The notes: a model not told the origin generated them from the letters alone. 64,000 nt of DNA from Alphaproteobacteria bacterium (GCA_965199265.1 CBDAQV010000010.1:53345-117344), one strand, 5' to 3'; positions 10,102 to 23,163 are shown, counted from the stretch's first letter. Program-made: numbers and translations.

Positions 10102-10941
10102 CTAGGCCCGTCCGCGCAAATCCTGTACGAACTGCCAGGCCACGCGGCCTGAACGGCTGCCGCGAGTGATCGCCCATTCCAAGGCCTCGGCGCGGAGCCC
10201 GTCGGGCGCGATGGCGAGCCCTGCCGCCTTTACATACCCCTCGACGATGGCGAGGTAGGTTTCCTGGTCGATAGTGCGGAAGCCGAGCCAGAGGCCGAAC
10301 CGATCCGACAGGGAAACTTCCTCGTCCACTGCCTCGGCCGGATTGATTGCCGTCGAGCGCTCGTTGTCGGTCATGTCGCGCGACATCAGGTGACGGCGGT
10401 TCGAAGTCGCGTAAACGACGACATTGTCAGGCCGGCCTTCGATGCCGCCGTCCAGAACCGATTTCAATGCCTTGTACGTGTTGTCGTCGCTCTCAAACGA
10501 AAGATCGTCGCAGAATAGCACGAAGCGGCGCTGGGCTTGGCAAAGTAGGCCGAGGAGACGAGGCAGCGTAGCAAGCTCGTCACGCGAAACCTCGACCAGG
10601 ACCAGTGACCCCGGCTCCGCGCGGTTCACCTCCGCATGCACGGCCTTGACGACCGAGCTTTTGCCCGTACCCTTTGCGCCCCATAGCAGCACGTTGTTGG
10701 CCGGGAGCCCACGCACGAACTGGCGCGTGTTGCGCAGCAACGTTTCAGCCTGGCGTTCGATGCCTTTCAGCTGCGCCAGATCGACATGACTTACCGCGGC
10801 GACGCCGGTCAGAGTTCCTGACTCCCAGCGGAAGGCATTTCCTTCCTTCAGCATCGCCGCGGTCTGCCGAGCTGGGGCAATGCGCTCCAGCGCGTCGGCA
10901 ATGCGGCCAAGCAGAGTCGGAATGCCGGGTTCGTCAATCAT
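10102..10941 (-). CDS. DUF815-family AAA+ ATPase
   Basis: NNVLLWGAKGTGKSS, FCDDLSF, YATSNRRHL, SLSDRFGL; divergent from yajC. Confidence 0.9.
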   Translation of the reverse strand: MIDEPGIPTLLGRIADALERIAPARQTAAMLKEGNAFRWESGTLTGVAAVSHVDLAQLKGIERQAETLLRNTRQFVRGLPANNVLLWGAKGTGKSSVVKAVHAEVNRAEPGSLVLVEVSRDELATLPRLLGLLCQAQRRFVLFCDDLSFESDDNTYKALKSVLDGGIEGRPDNVVVYATSNRRHLMSRDMTDNERSTAINPAEAVDEEVSLSDRFGLWLGFRTIDQETYLAIVEGYVKAAGLAIAPDGLRAEALEWAITRGSRSGRVAWQFVQDLRGRA

Positions 10942-11016
10942 GGTTGATTGATTGCTTGCCAACTCGTCTCTGGCAAGCCAATAGTCCCCTAAGAAATCAT
11001 GAAGGGTGGAGCGGGA

Positions 11017-11373
11017 ATGTTCGTCACTTCGGCCTATGCACAAACGCTGACGCATGCGGGCGGCGGAACGAGCGACCTGCTGCTGCCAATGGTGCCGCTG
11101 GTCCTGATCGTGCTTGTGTTCTACGTCTTGATGTTCAGGCCCATGGAGCAGCAGCGCAAAAGGCAGGAACTGATCCTCGCAGGCGTCAAGAAAGGCGATC
11201 AGGTCGTAACCGCAGGCGGCCTGATCGGCACGATACAGCGGGTGGACGATGAGGAACTGCTGCTCGAACTGGCGGAGAACGTTCGCGTCCGTGTTGTACG
11301 CTCGACGATTTCCGGATTGCATGGCGCCGCCGCGCCCGAGAAAGCCTCCAAGTTTCCCGGCAAGACACGCTGA
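11017..11373 (+). CDS. yajC: Preprotein translocase subunit YajC
   Basis: One TM helix, then KKGDQVVTAGGLIG; upstream of secD. Confidence 0.93.
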   Translation: MFVTSAYAQTLTHAGGGTSDLLLPMVPLVLIVLVFYVLMFRPMEQQRKRQELILAGVKKGDQVVTAGGLIGTIQRVDDEELLLELAENVRVRVVRSTISGLHGAAAPEKASKFPGKTR

Positions 11374-12971
11374 TGTATTTTTCGCGCGCCAGGATCGCGG
11401 CCATGGTCGCGGTGTGCCTGCTGGGCCTCCTGTTTGCGATGCCGAACCTCTTTCCGAAAGAGCAGGTCGAGAAATGGCCTGCCCTGCTGCCCAGCCGGCA
11501 GATGAACCTCGGTCTCGATCTGAAGGGCGGAGCGTATCTGCTGCTGAAGCTCGACCTCGACGCCATGCGCAAGGAGCAGTTCGAAACAGCGCTCGACGGG
11601 GTGAAGACCCAATTGCGCAATGACCGGATCGGCTTTACGACGCTTGCCGCCACGGCAAACGGTTTTCACATCACATTACGCGATCAGGCGCAGGCGCAGG
11701 CTGCGATAAGCTCGCTCGCGAAAGTGGAGGGCGTCGGGCAGGACCAGACCGCAACGTTCCGGATCGCGCCGACCGGTGACGGGACGGGCATCGACGGCGC
11801 CATTACCGAAGCGGCCGGGCGGGACCGGGCTTCGAAAGCTGTAACGCAATCGATCGAGATCATTCGCCGCCGCATCGACCAGCTTGGTGTCGCCGAGCCG
11901 CAGATCGCGCGCCAGGGGAACGATCGTATCCTGGTGCAGCTTCCCGGCGTAAAGGATCCCGACCGCGTGAAGGCGATCATAGGCACGACGGCCAAGATGA
12001 ATTTCCAGATGCTGGATGAAACCGCCGATCCGAGTGCGACGGTCGCGCCGGCGGGCGACGAGATCCTGGATGGCGAGGACAAACGTCCCGACGGAAGCGC
12101 GATCAAATACGTGGTCCGCAAGAAGATCGAGGTTTCCGGCGCTGACCTGACCGATGCCAGGGCGATGACCGATCCCAGCTCCGGGCGCTGGGTGGTCAGC
12201 CAGGAGTTCAACAGCGTCGGCGCAAAGCATTTCGGAGAGACGACCACAGCCAATGTCGGCAAGCGGTTCGCCATCGTCCTCGACAACAAGGTGATCAGCG
12301 CGCCGGTGATCCAGGAGCCGATTACCGGCGGCCGCGGCCAGATCAGCGGCAACTTCGACGCCAAGGGCGCCAACGACCTTGCCGTCCTGCTTCGCGCCGG
12401 CGCCTTGCCCGCGCCCCTGAAGATCATCGAGGAGCGCAGCGTCGGCCCGGACCTCGGCGCCGACTCCATCCGGTCCGGCGTCATCGCCGCATGCATCGGC
12501 CTTGCGCTGGTTGCCGTGTACATGATCCTTGCCTACGGCCTGTTCGGCTTTTTTGCCGATATCGCCGTGGTGTTCAACCTGATCATCACCATCGCGGTAC
12601 TGTCGCTGATCCAGGCGACGCTGACTCTGCCCGGCATCGCCGGGCTGCTTTTGACGGTCGGCATGTCGGTCGATGCCAACATCCTCGTCAACGAGCGGAT
12701 CCGGGAGGAGAGCAAGCTAGGAAGGACTCCCTTCGCCGCGCTGGACGCGGGGTACAAACGAGCCTTCGGAACGGTTCTGGACGCGAACCTTACCACGCTG
12801 ATCAAGATGGCCATCCTGTTCACCTTCGGCGCCGGCGTTGTGAAGGGGTTTGCGGTGACGATCAGCTTCGGCATCGTTATCTCGCTGTTCACCGCCATGG
12901 TCCTGGTGCGCTACATGATGGTCAGCTGGCTGCGCCGCACCAAGCCTAAAACCTTGCTGACACAGGTCTGA
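11373..12971 (+). CDS. secD: Protein translocase subunit SecD
   Basis: LGLDLKGG, LRAGALPAPL, TLTLPGIAG, VDANIL..ERIREE. Confidence 0.97.
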   Translation: MYFSRARIAAMVAVCLLGLLFAMPNLFPKEQVEKWPALLPSRQMNLGLDLKGGAYLLLKLDLDAMRKEQFETALDGVKTQLRNDRIGFTTLAATANGFHITLRDQAQAQAAISSLAKVEGVGQDQTATFRIAPTGDGTGIDGAITEAAGRDRASKAVTQSIEIIRRRIDQLGVAEPQIARQGNDRILVQLPGVKDPDRVKAIIGTTAKMNFQMLDETADPSATVAPAGDEILDGEDKRPDGSAIKYVVRKKIEVSGADLTDARAMTDPSSGRWVVSQEFNSVGAKHFGETTTANVGKRFAIVLDNKVISAPVIQEPITGGRGQISGNFDAKGANDLAVLLRAGALPAPLKIIEERSVGPDLGADSIRSGVIAACIGLALVAVYMILAYGLFGFFADIAVVFNLIITIAVLSLIQATLTLPGIAGLLLTVGMSVDANILVNERIREESKLGRTPFAALDAGYKRAFGTVLDANLTTLIKMAILFTFGAGVVKGFAVTISFGIVISLFTAMVLVRYMMVSWLRRTKPKTLLTQV

Positions 12972-12972
12972 C

Positions 12973-13926
12973 ATGCCGCTGCTTCGCCTCGTTCCCGACA
13001 ACACGCGGATCCAGTTCATGAAGGGCCGGGTCGCCGGCCTCGTGACCTCGGCGATCCTTTCCATCGCCTCGGTCGTGCTGTTCTTCCACCCCGGCCTCAA
13101 CTACGGAGTCGATTTCCGGGGCGGCATTTTGATCGAGCTGCGTACCGAAGGACCGGCCGATTTCGAGGCGCTGCGAAACGACGTCGAGAAGCTGGATGTC
13201 GGGCCTGTGCAGCTGCAGCAGTTCGGCAGCCCGGAGGAAGTGCTGATCCGCCTGCAGCGGCAGGCAGGAGGCGATGACGCGCAGGAACAAGCCGTGGCCA
13301 AGGTCAAAATGGACCTGACTAGCCACTTTGCCCAGGCCAGGATCATGCGGGTTGAGTCCGTCGGCGCGACGGTCAGCGACGAGCTGTTCAGCCAGGGGCT
13401 TCTGGCGCTTGGCCTCGCGCTGTGTGCCATGCTGGTGTATATCTGGTTCCGCTTCGAGTGGGAGTTCGGGCTGGGGGCGGTAGTGACGTTGATGCTGGAC
13501 GTGACCAAGACAATCGGCTTCTTCGCCCTGACGCGCCTGCAGTTCGACCTGGTCAGCATTGCCGCGATCCTTACCATCATGGGGTATTCGATCAACGACA
13601 AGGTTGTGGTGTACGACCGCATGCGTGAGAATCTACGCAAGTACAAGACCATGCCGCTGCGCCAGCTGATCGACCTTTCGATCAACGAAACCCTGAACCG
13701 GACGATCAATATCTCGACAGCCACCTTCCTGTCGGCGCTGCCTTTGGCGCTGATCGCCAGCGAGGATTTGCGCGAGTTCGCCATTGTCATGCTGTTCGGC
13801 ATCGTTGTCAGCACGACCTCGTCCATTTTCATTGCCGCGCCGATCCTGCTGTTCCTGGGCGAGGGCCGGCTGCGCAAGAGCGGCATCGCCGCTCCGGTGG
13901 CGACCACGCAGGCAACGAGCCGTTGA
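12973..13926 (+). CDS. secF: Protein translocase subunit SecF
   Basis: GVDFRGG, GYSINDKVVVYDRMRE. Confidence 0.97.
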   Translation: MPLLRLVPDNTRIQFMKGRVAGLVTSAILSIASVVLFFHPGLNYGVDFRGGILIELRTEGPADFEALRNDVEKLDVGPVQLQQFGSPEEVLIRLQRQAGGDDAQEQAVAKVKMDLTSHFAQARIMRVESVGATVSDELFSQGLLALGLALCAMLVYIWFRFEWEFGLGAVVTLMLDVTKTIGFFALTRLQFDLVSIAAILTIMGYSINDKVVVYDRMRENLRKYKTMPLRQLIDLSINETLNRTINISTATFLSALPLALIASEDLREFAIVMLFGIVVSTTSSIFIAAPILLFLGEGRLRKSGIAAPVATTQATSR

Positions 13927-14300
13927 TGGACATCACCCCCGCCGTCGCCGCAGGCAAGCAGATCATCCAGAGCTACGGGCCAGCCGGGTTCCGAATCGGC
14001 GGGCAGGTGTACAAGGGGCCGGTTCTGGTGCTGCCGGAACAGGTGATCGCGTGGTCGGTGGGCGAGTTCTCCGCCATTTGCGCCGCTGACTTCGCGCCAC
14101 TACTGGAAGGCGAACCGAAGATTGAAGTCGTGCTGTTCGGCACCGGCGCGACCGGGCTTCTGGTACCCTCGCAGCTCAAGCGTGACCTGAAAACACAAGG
14201 CCTTGCCATGGATGGCATGGACACGGGCGCCGCGTGCCGGACCTACAACGTGATGCTCTCCGAGGAGCGCCGCGTTGCGGCGGCGCTGCTGCCGGGTTGA
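13926..14300 (+). CDS. Mth938-like (NDUFAF3 family) protein
   Basis: EVVLFGTG, MDTGAACRTYNVM..E.RRVAAAL; usual position after secF. Confidence 0.9.
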   Translation: MDITPAVAAGKQIIQSYGPAGFRIGGQVYKGPVLVLPEQVIAWSVGEFSAICAADFAPLLEGEPKIEVVLFGTGATGLLVPSQLKRDLKTQGLAMDGMDTGAACRTYNVMLSEERRVAAALLPG

Positions 14301-14316
14301 TTTGCATGTCCAGACA

Positions 14317-14351
14317 ATCCCGGACAGCGCCAAACCATGATCCGGGATGAC
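14317..14351. repeat. REP-like hairpin / possible terminator between convergent genes
   Basis: ATCCCGGA (14317-24) pairs with TCCGGGAT (14341-48), followed by GAC; related copy at 40539-40569. Confidence 0.45.
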
Positions 14352-14362
14352 GTCACTATCGC

Positions 14363-14962
14363 TTAGTGCTTGGCCAGCAGCTCCGCAACTGCTTCCCAGT
14401 TCACCATGTTGGACAGGAATGCCTTCAAGTAGTCGGCGCGCTTGTTGCGGTAGTCGATGTAGTAGGAGTGTTCCCACACGTCGCAGCCCAGCAGGGCGTG
14501 GCTGCCATGCGCCAGCGGGTTGTCGCCGTTGGGGGTCTTCAGGATCGACAGCTTGTGGCCGTCGCTGACCAGCCAGACCCATCCGCTGCCGAACTGGCCA
14601 ACGCCGCCGGCGACGAAATCCTCCTTGAACTTGTCGACGCTACCGAAATCCGCGACGATCTTCTTTTCCAACTCGCCCGGGATCGCGCCGCCGCCGTTCG
14701 GCTTCATCCACTTCCAGAACTGGATGTGGTTCCAGTGCTGCCCGGCGTTGTTGAAGATCGCCGCGAGTTCGGCCTTGCCGTTGGTCTCCTGTACGATCTC
14801 GTCGAGGCTCTTGCCATCGACGGCCGAGCCGGGGACGAGCTTGTTCAGCGCGTCCACGTAGGCCTGATGATGTTTGCCATGGTGGAACTCGAGTGTCTCG
14901 GCCGACATATAGGGCTGTAGCGCATCTTTCGGATAGGGCAGGGCCGGAAGTTCGAACGCCAT
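14363..14962 (-). CDS. sodB: Fe/Mn superoxide dismutase
   Basis: HHGKHH, FNNAGQHWNH, DVWEHSYY; metal specificity not certain. Confidence 0.93.
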   Translation of the reverse strand: MAFELPALPYPKDALQPYMSAETLEFHHGKHHQAYVDALNKLVPGSAVDGKSLDEIVQETNGKAELAAIFNNAGQHWNHIQFWKWMKPNGGGAIPGELEKKIVADFGSVDKFKEDFVAGGVGQFGSGWVWLVSDGHKLSILKTPNGDNPLAHGSHALLGCDVWEHSYYIDYRNKRADYLKAFLSNMVNWEAVAELLAKH

Positions 14963-15045
14963 GGGATCACCTTTCAAGGTTTGCTAACGCGAATGCCGCT
15001 AGATACTCCTACCCCTAACGCTTTCCAAGCCGGTTTGTCCCCAAC

Positions 15046-15873
15046 TTGACCCAAGTTCTTTCCTATTGCGGCGAGCAGGTGCGCCAGTACGACCCGGACC
15101 GGTTCCTGACCGCGCTGTTCGCGCCTTCCGAGAAACGTGAAAGCCTGCTGGCGCTTTATGCGTTCAACCTGGAGCTGTCGCGCATCCGCGAGAGCGTGCG
15201 CGAGCCGATGATGGGGCAGATCCGCCTGCAATGGTGGCGCGAGGCGATCGCCGACCTGTACGAAGCGAAGGTGCGCGGACATCAAGTTCTCCAGGCTCTG
15301 GACGGCGCGGTATCCAGGCTGGTCGACCAGGCATTATTGCAGGAGATGATCGACGGACGCGAGGTCGATCTGGCCGACGTGCCGCCTGCGACCGATGTCG
15401 CGGTGAAGGAATACGCGCGTTCGACCGGGGGAGCCCTCATGCGCGCCGCCGCCATGCTGCTCGACGTGACCGATCTTGCCACGCTGGAAGCCGCTGCGGA
15501 CATCGGCGAGGCGGTCACACTCGTCGGCCTGCTCCGCTCCGTGCCGTACCATACGGCGCAAGGCAAGTCGTACCTGCCCAGCACGCTCGCCCGGCGCCTG
15601 AACATAAACCCCGCCGCGCCGCAGAACGCGCGCCCGTTCGGGATCGAGGTGGTGACGATGCTGATCGCCTGCGAGGCGACGCGGCTGCTGCGCATCAACC
15701 ATCCCAGCGTTCCACGCGCCGCCATCGCGGCCTTCCTGCCGGGACGGCTGGCGTGCCATTACATCAAGCGGCTGGCGCGGCTTGAATACGACCCGTTCCG
15801 TCCGGAGAACCTTGCCCCATCACCCCTCAAGCCGCTGGATCTGGCGTGGGCCTGGGCGCGCCGGACGGCGTGA
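15046..15873 (+). CDS. Squalene/phytoene synthase-like (NDUFAF6-type) protein
   Basis: DPDRFLTALFAP, ALYAFNLEL, IRLQWWREA. Confidence 0.88.
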   Translation: MTQVLSYCGEQVRQYDPDRFLTALFAPSEKRESLLALYAFNLELSRIRESVREPMMGQIRLQWWREAIADLYEAKVRGHQVLQALDGAVSRLVDQALLQEMIDGREVDLADVPPATDVAVKEYARSTGGALMRAAAMLLDVTDLATLEAAADIGEAVTLVGLLRSVPYHTAQGKSYLPSTLARRLNINPAAPQNARPFGIEVVTMLIACEATRLLRINHPSVPRAAIAAFLPGRLACHYIKRLARLEYDPFRPENLAPSPLKPLDLAWAWARRTA

Positions 15874-15892
15874 ACGTCAACCTTTTCGCAGT

Positions 15893-17212
15893 TCACGCAA
15901 ACCCCGCGACATCCGCCAGCGCCCGTGTCGTGTACGCCTTCTTGCGCTCGCGGCCCTTCGCCTTGCTTTCCACCGCCGGGAACAGGCCGAAATTTACGTT
16001 CATCGGCTGGTAGGTCTCGGCGTTCGCGCCGCCGGTGATGTGGCCCAGCAGCGCGCCAAGCGCGGTCGTGTCCGGCGGCAGGATGCTGGCTTCGCCGCGG
16101 CTTTCGGCGGCGGCGAAACGTCCCGCCAGCAGGCCGATTGCGGCGCTCTCGACATAGCCCTCGCAGCCGGTGATCTGGCCGGCGAAGCGCAGGCGTGGCT
16201 CGGCCTTCAGGCGTAGGGTCCGGTCCAGCAGGCTCGGGCTGTTGATGAAAGTATTGCGGTGCAGGCCGCCCAGCCGCGCGAACTCGGCATGTTGCAGGCC
16301 GGGGATCAGGCGCAGCACGTCGCCCTGCGCGGCGTATTTCAGCTTCGTCTGGAAGCCGACCAGATTGTAGAGCGTGCCGAGCGCGTTGTCCTGGCGCAGC
16401 TGCACCACGGCGTAGGGGCGGCGGCCGGTGTGCGGGTCGGTCAGCCCGACCGGCTTCATCGGCCCGAAACGCAGGGTGTCGAGCCCACGCTGAGCCATCA
16501 CCTCCACCGGCAGGCAGGCGTCGAAATAGGGCGTGCTGGCTTCCCACTCCCTGAACTCGGTCGTCTCGCCCGCCAGCAGCGCGGCGATGAACGCGGCGTA
16601 CTCGTCCTTCTCCATCGGGCAGTTGATGTAATCGGCGGCGGTTCCCGACGGGCCGACTTTATCATAGCGCGACTGGAACCACGCGCGGCCGAAGTCGATG
16701 CTGTCCTTGTAGACGATGGGGGCGATGGCGTCGAAGAAGGCGAGCGAGTCGCCGGTCAGTTCCCGCAGCGCCTGCGCCAGCGGCGCGGAGGTCAGCGGCC
16801 CGGTGGCGACGATCACGGATTGCCAGTCGAGGGGCGGCATGCCGCCGATCTCCTCGCGAACCAGCGTGATCAGGGGGTGGCCGTCGATCGCCTCCGTCAC
16901 CGCGACCGCGAAGGCGTCGCGGTCCACCGCCAGCGCGCCGCCGGCGGGCAGCTTGTGCCGGTCGGCCATGGCGAGAATCAACGAGCCGCAGCGCCGCATC
17001 TCCTCGTGCAGCAGCCCGACGGCGTTGTACTCGGCATCGTCCGAGCGGAACGAGTTCGAGCAGACCAGCTCGGCCAGGCTGTCCGTCCTGTGCGCCTCGG
17101 TCGGCTTAACGCCGCGCATCTCGTGCAGCACGACCGGAACACCGCGTCCGGCGACCTGCCACGCCGCCTCGCTACCCGCCATGCCGCCGCCTATGATGTG
17201 AATGGGGGTCAT
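15893..17212 (-). CDS. trmFO: Folate/FAD-dependent tRNA m5U54 methyltransferase
   Basis: [41 protein letters not shown]. Confidence 0.97.
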   Translation of the reverse strand: MTPIHIIGGGMAGSEAAWQVAGRGVPVVLHEMRGVKPTEAHRTDSLAELVCSNSFRSDDAEYNAVGLLHEEMRRCGSLILAMADRHKLPAGGALAVDRDAFAVAVTEAIDGHPLITLVREEIGGMPPLDWQSVIVATGPLTSAPLAQALRELTGDSLAFFDAIAPIVYKDSIDFGRAWFQSRYDKVGPSGTAADYINCPMEKDEYAAFIAALLAGETTEFREWEASTPYFDACLPVEVMAQRGLDTLRFGPMKPVGLTDPHTGRRPYAVVQLRQDNALGTLYNLVGFQTKLKYAAQGDVLRLIPGLQHAEFARLGGLHRNTFINSPSLLDRTLRLKAEPRLRFAGQITGCEGYVESAAIGLLAGRFAAAESRGEASILPPDTTALGALLGHITGGANAETYQPMNVNFGLFPAVESKAKGRERKKAYTTRALADVAGFA

Positions 17213-17508
17213 TCCTGCACCGTAACCTGTTTCTGCGCCTTGATGATCTCGCGAAATGGCGAACTTGTACCAGCCCAATCGAGCACATCCACGCGGATCG
17301 GCAGCGGCGAGTCCTCCAGCTCGTCCTTCAGGTTCGATAGAGCCCGGCTGTCCGGCGGCTCCTCGCCCATCACGCACAGGTCGAGGTCGGAGTATATCCG
17401 CGCCTTACCGTTCGCCCGGCTGCCAAAGGCGATCACCGTCCGGCCGGGCAGGTGGCGGCGCAAAGCGTCGCGGACCAGTTCCAGTTGTTCGGCGGGCAGG
17501 TCAAGCAT
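17209..17508 (-). CDS. Minimal nucleotidyltransferase (MNT, HI0073-like antitoxin)
   Basis: [17 protein letters not shown] (GS-x10-DxD); 99 aa. Confidence 0.88.
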   Translation of the reverse strand: MLDLPAEQLELVRDALRRHLPGRTVIAFGSRANGKARIYSDLDLCVMGEEPPDSRALSNLKDELEDSPLPIRVDVLDWAGTSSPFREIIKAQKQVTVQE

Positions 17509-17908
17509 CCTTCAAGCGCCGGGCCATGCGGTCGCGCAGGTATCGGGCATCTTCCAGGAAAGCAGGAACGATTGACAGAACTTCGAGGGCCTTGGCGCGG
17601 TCGTAAGTGTGGCTCGTGATGTTGCGCGACTTGCGGTAGGTGAACCAGCGGTCCCACCCGTTTAGCACTAGGCCGCGTACGGAAGCCAGCCGGATCAGGT
17701 TGGGAAAGGAGCCGTCATCGCCCTCCGGCTGCGCCGCCTCGGTCTCGGCAAAAAACCGGCGCAACATCTTGGGGCAGAGGTCGTAGGTGAACTCGAAGCA
17801 CTGGATCACCCCGGCGCGGACGGTCTCGACCTCGGGATAACGAGCCGCATCCGCCAGGGCGTTCTCAAGCTGCGCGATGGCGCTGTTCAGGGGCGTGAGG
17901 TCGAGCAT
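17501..17908 (-). CDS. HEPN protein (HI0074-like; putative RNase toxin)
   Basis: GVIQCFEFTYDL and RNITSHTY (R-x4-H); overlaps the MNT gene. Confidence 0.88.
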   Translation of the reverse strand: MLDLTPLNSAIAQLENALADAARYPEVETVRAGVIQCFEFTYDLCPKMLRRFFAETEAAQPEGDDGSFPNLIRLASVRGLVLNGWDRWFTYRKSRNITSHTYDRAKALEVLSIVPAFLEDARYLRDRMARRLKDA

Positions 17909-17955
17909 GTGCGGCCATAGCTGGTAATTTCTATAGCGATCTATATACCACTACC

Positions 17956-18207
17956 ATGAGTGATGAACCGATCAATCTGGTGCTAGAGCATTTGCGACAC
18001 CTCGGTAGCGCCATGGATCGCCTTCACGACGACATGCGCGATGTGAAGGACCGCTTGACCGGGGTCGAGCTGGCCGTCGTTTCCCTGCGCCGTGACGTCG
18101 TCTCCCTGGAAGAATCCCACGCCCGCATCTGGGCCTCGCACGACCGTCACCTGGAACGAACGGCCCGCATCGAGCGGCGTCTGGATATCTCGGACACGCC
18201 TGCCTGA
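17956..18207 (+). CDS. Small coiled-coil hypothetical protein
   Basis: 83 aa, heptad pattern, NLVLEHLR...RIERRLD; fills the gap between neighbours. Confidence 0.7.
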   Translation: MSDEPINLVLEHLRHLGSAMDRLHDDMRDVKDRLTGVELAVVSLRRDVVSLEESHARIWASHDRHLERTARIERRLDISDTPA

Positions 18208-18267
18208 AAGCGCGAAGAGTACCGACTTGATAACAGGCCTTGCATCCTGGCGGAAGGCGGCATTGTG

Positions 18268-21135
<2,868 letters not shown>

Positions 21136-21267
21136 GGGGCCGTGGTCAATCGTTCGGTTTGCACAGCATATAGGCGCGAACGAAGCAGAGGGAACAGCGG
21201 AAATTCGAGTTGCCGCAATCGTCGGATCAGAGTATAGATTAATTGAGAATACTACAGTGTTGCCCAC

Positions 21268-21489
21268 ATGTTGGAGTTCGAAGACTTTCGCGATGACTGC
21301 GCGCGTGCGGCAGACCTGGAGCCTCTCCGGCCGGTTCGATCGCTCGGGGCGTTGCTCTTGCTGGCAGGGTTGGAAGCGGGAAGTCTCTGTGTAAGCGCGG
21401 CGAAGGCTTTGGGCGAGGCTGGCGACGCACTACGCAGCTGTGCGGGCGATCGCCATGGCCGCGTAACCTTAACCCGGCCGGATCGGTAG
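21268..21489 (+). CDS. Hypothetical small protein
   Basis: 73-aa ATG ORF after an AT-rich stretch; no recognised motif. Confidence 0.4.
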   Translation: MLEFEDFRDDCARAADLEPLRPVRSLGALLLLAGLEAGSLCVSAAKALGEAGDALRSCAGDRHGRVTLTRPDR

Positions 21490-21497
21490 GACTGCCC

Positions 21498-21836
21498 ATG
21501 AGCGATGACTCGCTGCTGCTGTTTCCTGAAAACCTGAGCCCGTCAGAGCTGCGCCACAGGGCCGGCATCTCGCACGCCCACCTGTCGGCCTGTCTGGGCA
21601 AGGGGGTTGTCGCCAGCCTTGGGACCGGGGTCGTCCTCGCCGCCGTTACAGGTTCGCTGCGAACCGGAGCCGTTGTAACGGCGGCATGTCTGTTGGCCGA
21701 TGCCGCCGCCGCGGTGAACTACCGCAGCGAGGAGAATGAGTACAGGCAGGCATTGGCCGAGCGCCAGGGCGATATCCGCTTGGCGCGTCCTCAAATTACG
21801 GGCGCGGCTGGTTCGTCCAAACTAGGCCGCTCCTGA
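21498..21836 (+). CDS. Hypothetical membrane protein
   Basis: AGGA RBS; two Gly/Ala/Val-rich hydrophobic stretches. Confidence 0.55.
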   Translation: MSDDSLLLFPENLSPSELRHRAGISHAHLSACLGKGVVASLGTGVVLAAVTGSLRTGAVVTAACLLADAAAAVNYRSEENEYRQALAERQGDIRLARPQITGAAGSSKLGRS

Positions 21837-21908
21837 TCCCAGTTTTCGCTTTGCGGACGCCCTCGCGCTGGCTAGGATGCGCCACCAATTTCAGACAGGA
21901 ATAATCCC

Positions 21909-22448
21909 GTGGCAGGCAGCGTCAACAAAGTCATCCTGATCGGCAATCTTGGCAAGGATCCGGAGGTGCGCTCCATGCAGAACGGCGGCCGGGTCTGCAA
22001 CCTGACGATCGCCACCTCCGAAAGCTGGAAGGACAAGTCCAGCGGCGAGCGCAAGGAAAAGACCGAGTGGCACCGCGTGGTGATCTTCAACGACAACCTG
22101 ACCCAGATCGCGGAGAAGTACCTGCGCAAGGGATCCAAGGTCTACATCGAGGGCTCGCTGGAAACCCGCAAGTGGCAGGACCAGTCGGGCGCCGAGAAGT
22201 ACTCGACGGAGGTGGTGCTGAAGCAGTACCGCGGCGAGCTGACGATGCTGGAAGGTCGCGGCGAGGGCGGCGGCGACCGCGCCGGCGGATCGGGCGGGTA
22301 TGGCCAGTCCGGCTATGACGATCCGGGTGTGGCGCGCGAATACGTCTCGCCATTGGCAGGCGCAAAGCCCGCTCCCGAAGTGGTCGGCGGCTCGTCGGGC
22401 GGTGGTTCCAATTCAAACTTCGACCTTGACGACGAGATTCCGTTCTAG
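21909..22448 (+). CDS. ssb: Single-stranded DNA-binding protein
   Basis: [25 protein letters not shown]-terminal DDEIPF. Confidence 0.98.
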   Translation: MAGSVNKVILIGNLGKDPEVRSMQNGGRVCNLTIATSESWKDKSSGERKEKTEWHRVVIFNDNLTQIAEKYLRKGSKVYIEGSLETRKWQDQSGAEKYSTEVVLKQYRGELTMLEGRGEGGGDRAGGSGGYGQSGYDDPGVAREYVSPLAGAKPAPEVVGGSSGGGSNSNFDLDDEIPF

Positions 22449-22485
22449 GCTGGTGCGCTGAAATACCTGCCGTTCTACCCGCCGT

Positions 22486-23163
22486 ATGCCAGACAATAAC
22501 GATATCCTTGGCCTGATCGTCGACAGACTTCGTACTGCCCACTCATGCCATACGGTAATCCTATACGGCTCACGGGCGCGTGGCGATGCAGACGCAACCA
22601 GCGACTATGATGTTCTGGGTATCCATAATGGAAAGGGCGACGTTATACGCGATACCGGACTATGGATGGGCACCTATCTGGATCTATTCATATACCCGCG
22701 CGATAAACTCGCGAACCCGCAAGACTTCATGCAGGCACGGGGCGGAAAGGTGTTATACGAAACCGACGTCTACGGGACGAATCTGCTGCAAGCTCTCGAG
22801 GAAGTTTACGCGAGAGGTCCTGAAAAGCTGTCGTCCAACGAAGTTGAAGCGCGCCGAGTCTGGGCATTCAAGATGCTCGAACGAGCAGGCAGGGGCGATA
22901 TAGAGTCGAATTACCGTCGCGTTTGGCTGATGACAGCGATACTTGAAGATTACTTCACCTGCCGTCAGCGTTGGTATGAAGGTCCAAAAACCTCGTTCAA
23001 GTGGTTGAATGATCACGAGCCAGAGCTTCTGGCCCTGTTCAAAGCGGCCCTACATCCCGGCGCGGCGCAATCTGCGCTGGAAACGCTGGTCGAGGCGGTG
23101 ACGGAGCGTTACCCAGCGGAAAACGTCCAGCCTTCGCTTTCGCGCCAACCGGCGAGATGCTAG
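22486..23163 (+). CDS. Nucleotidyltransferase-domain protein (Pol-beta superfamily) with helical C-domain
   Basis: [20 protein letters not shown]; more A/T-ending codons than its neighbours. Confidence 0.82.
   Translation: MPDNNDILGLIVDRLRTAHSCHTVILYGSRARGDADATSDYDVLGIHNGKGDVIRDTGLWMGTYLDLFIYPRDKLANPQDFMQARGGKVLYETDVYGTNLLQALEEVYARGPEKLSSNEVEARRVWAFKMLERAGRGDIESNYRRVWLMTAILEDYFTCRQRWYEGPKTSFKWLNDHEPELLALFKAALHPGAAQSALETLVEAVTERYPAENVQPSLSRQPARC

Noticed and set aside
10942-11322. Extension of the DUF815 ORF
   Set aside because: It overlaps yajC on the opposite strand and has no family-like sequence
21150-21206. Possible LexA box upstream of uvrA
   Set aside because: GAAC/GTTC half-sites are present but not at N7 spacing
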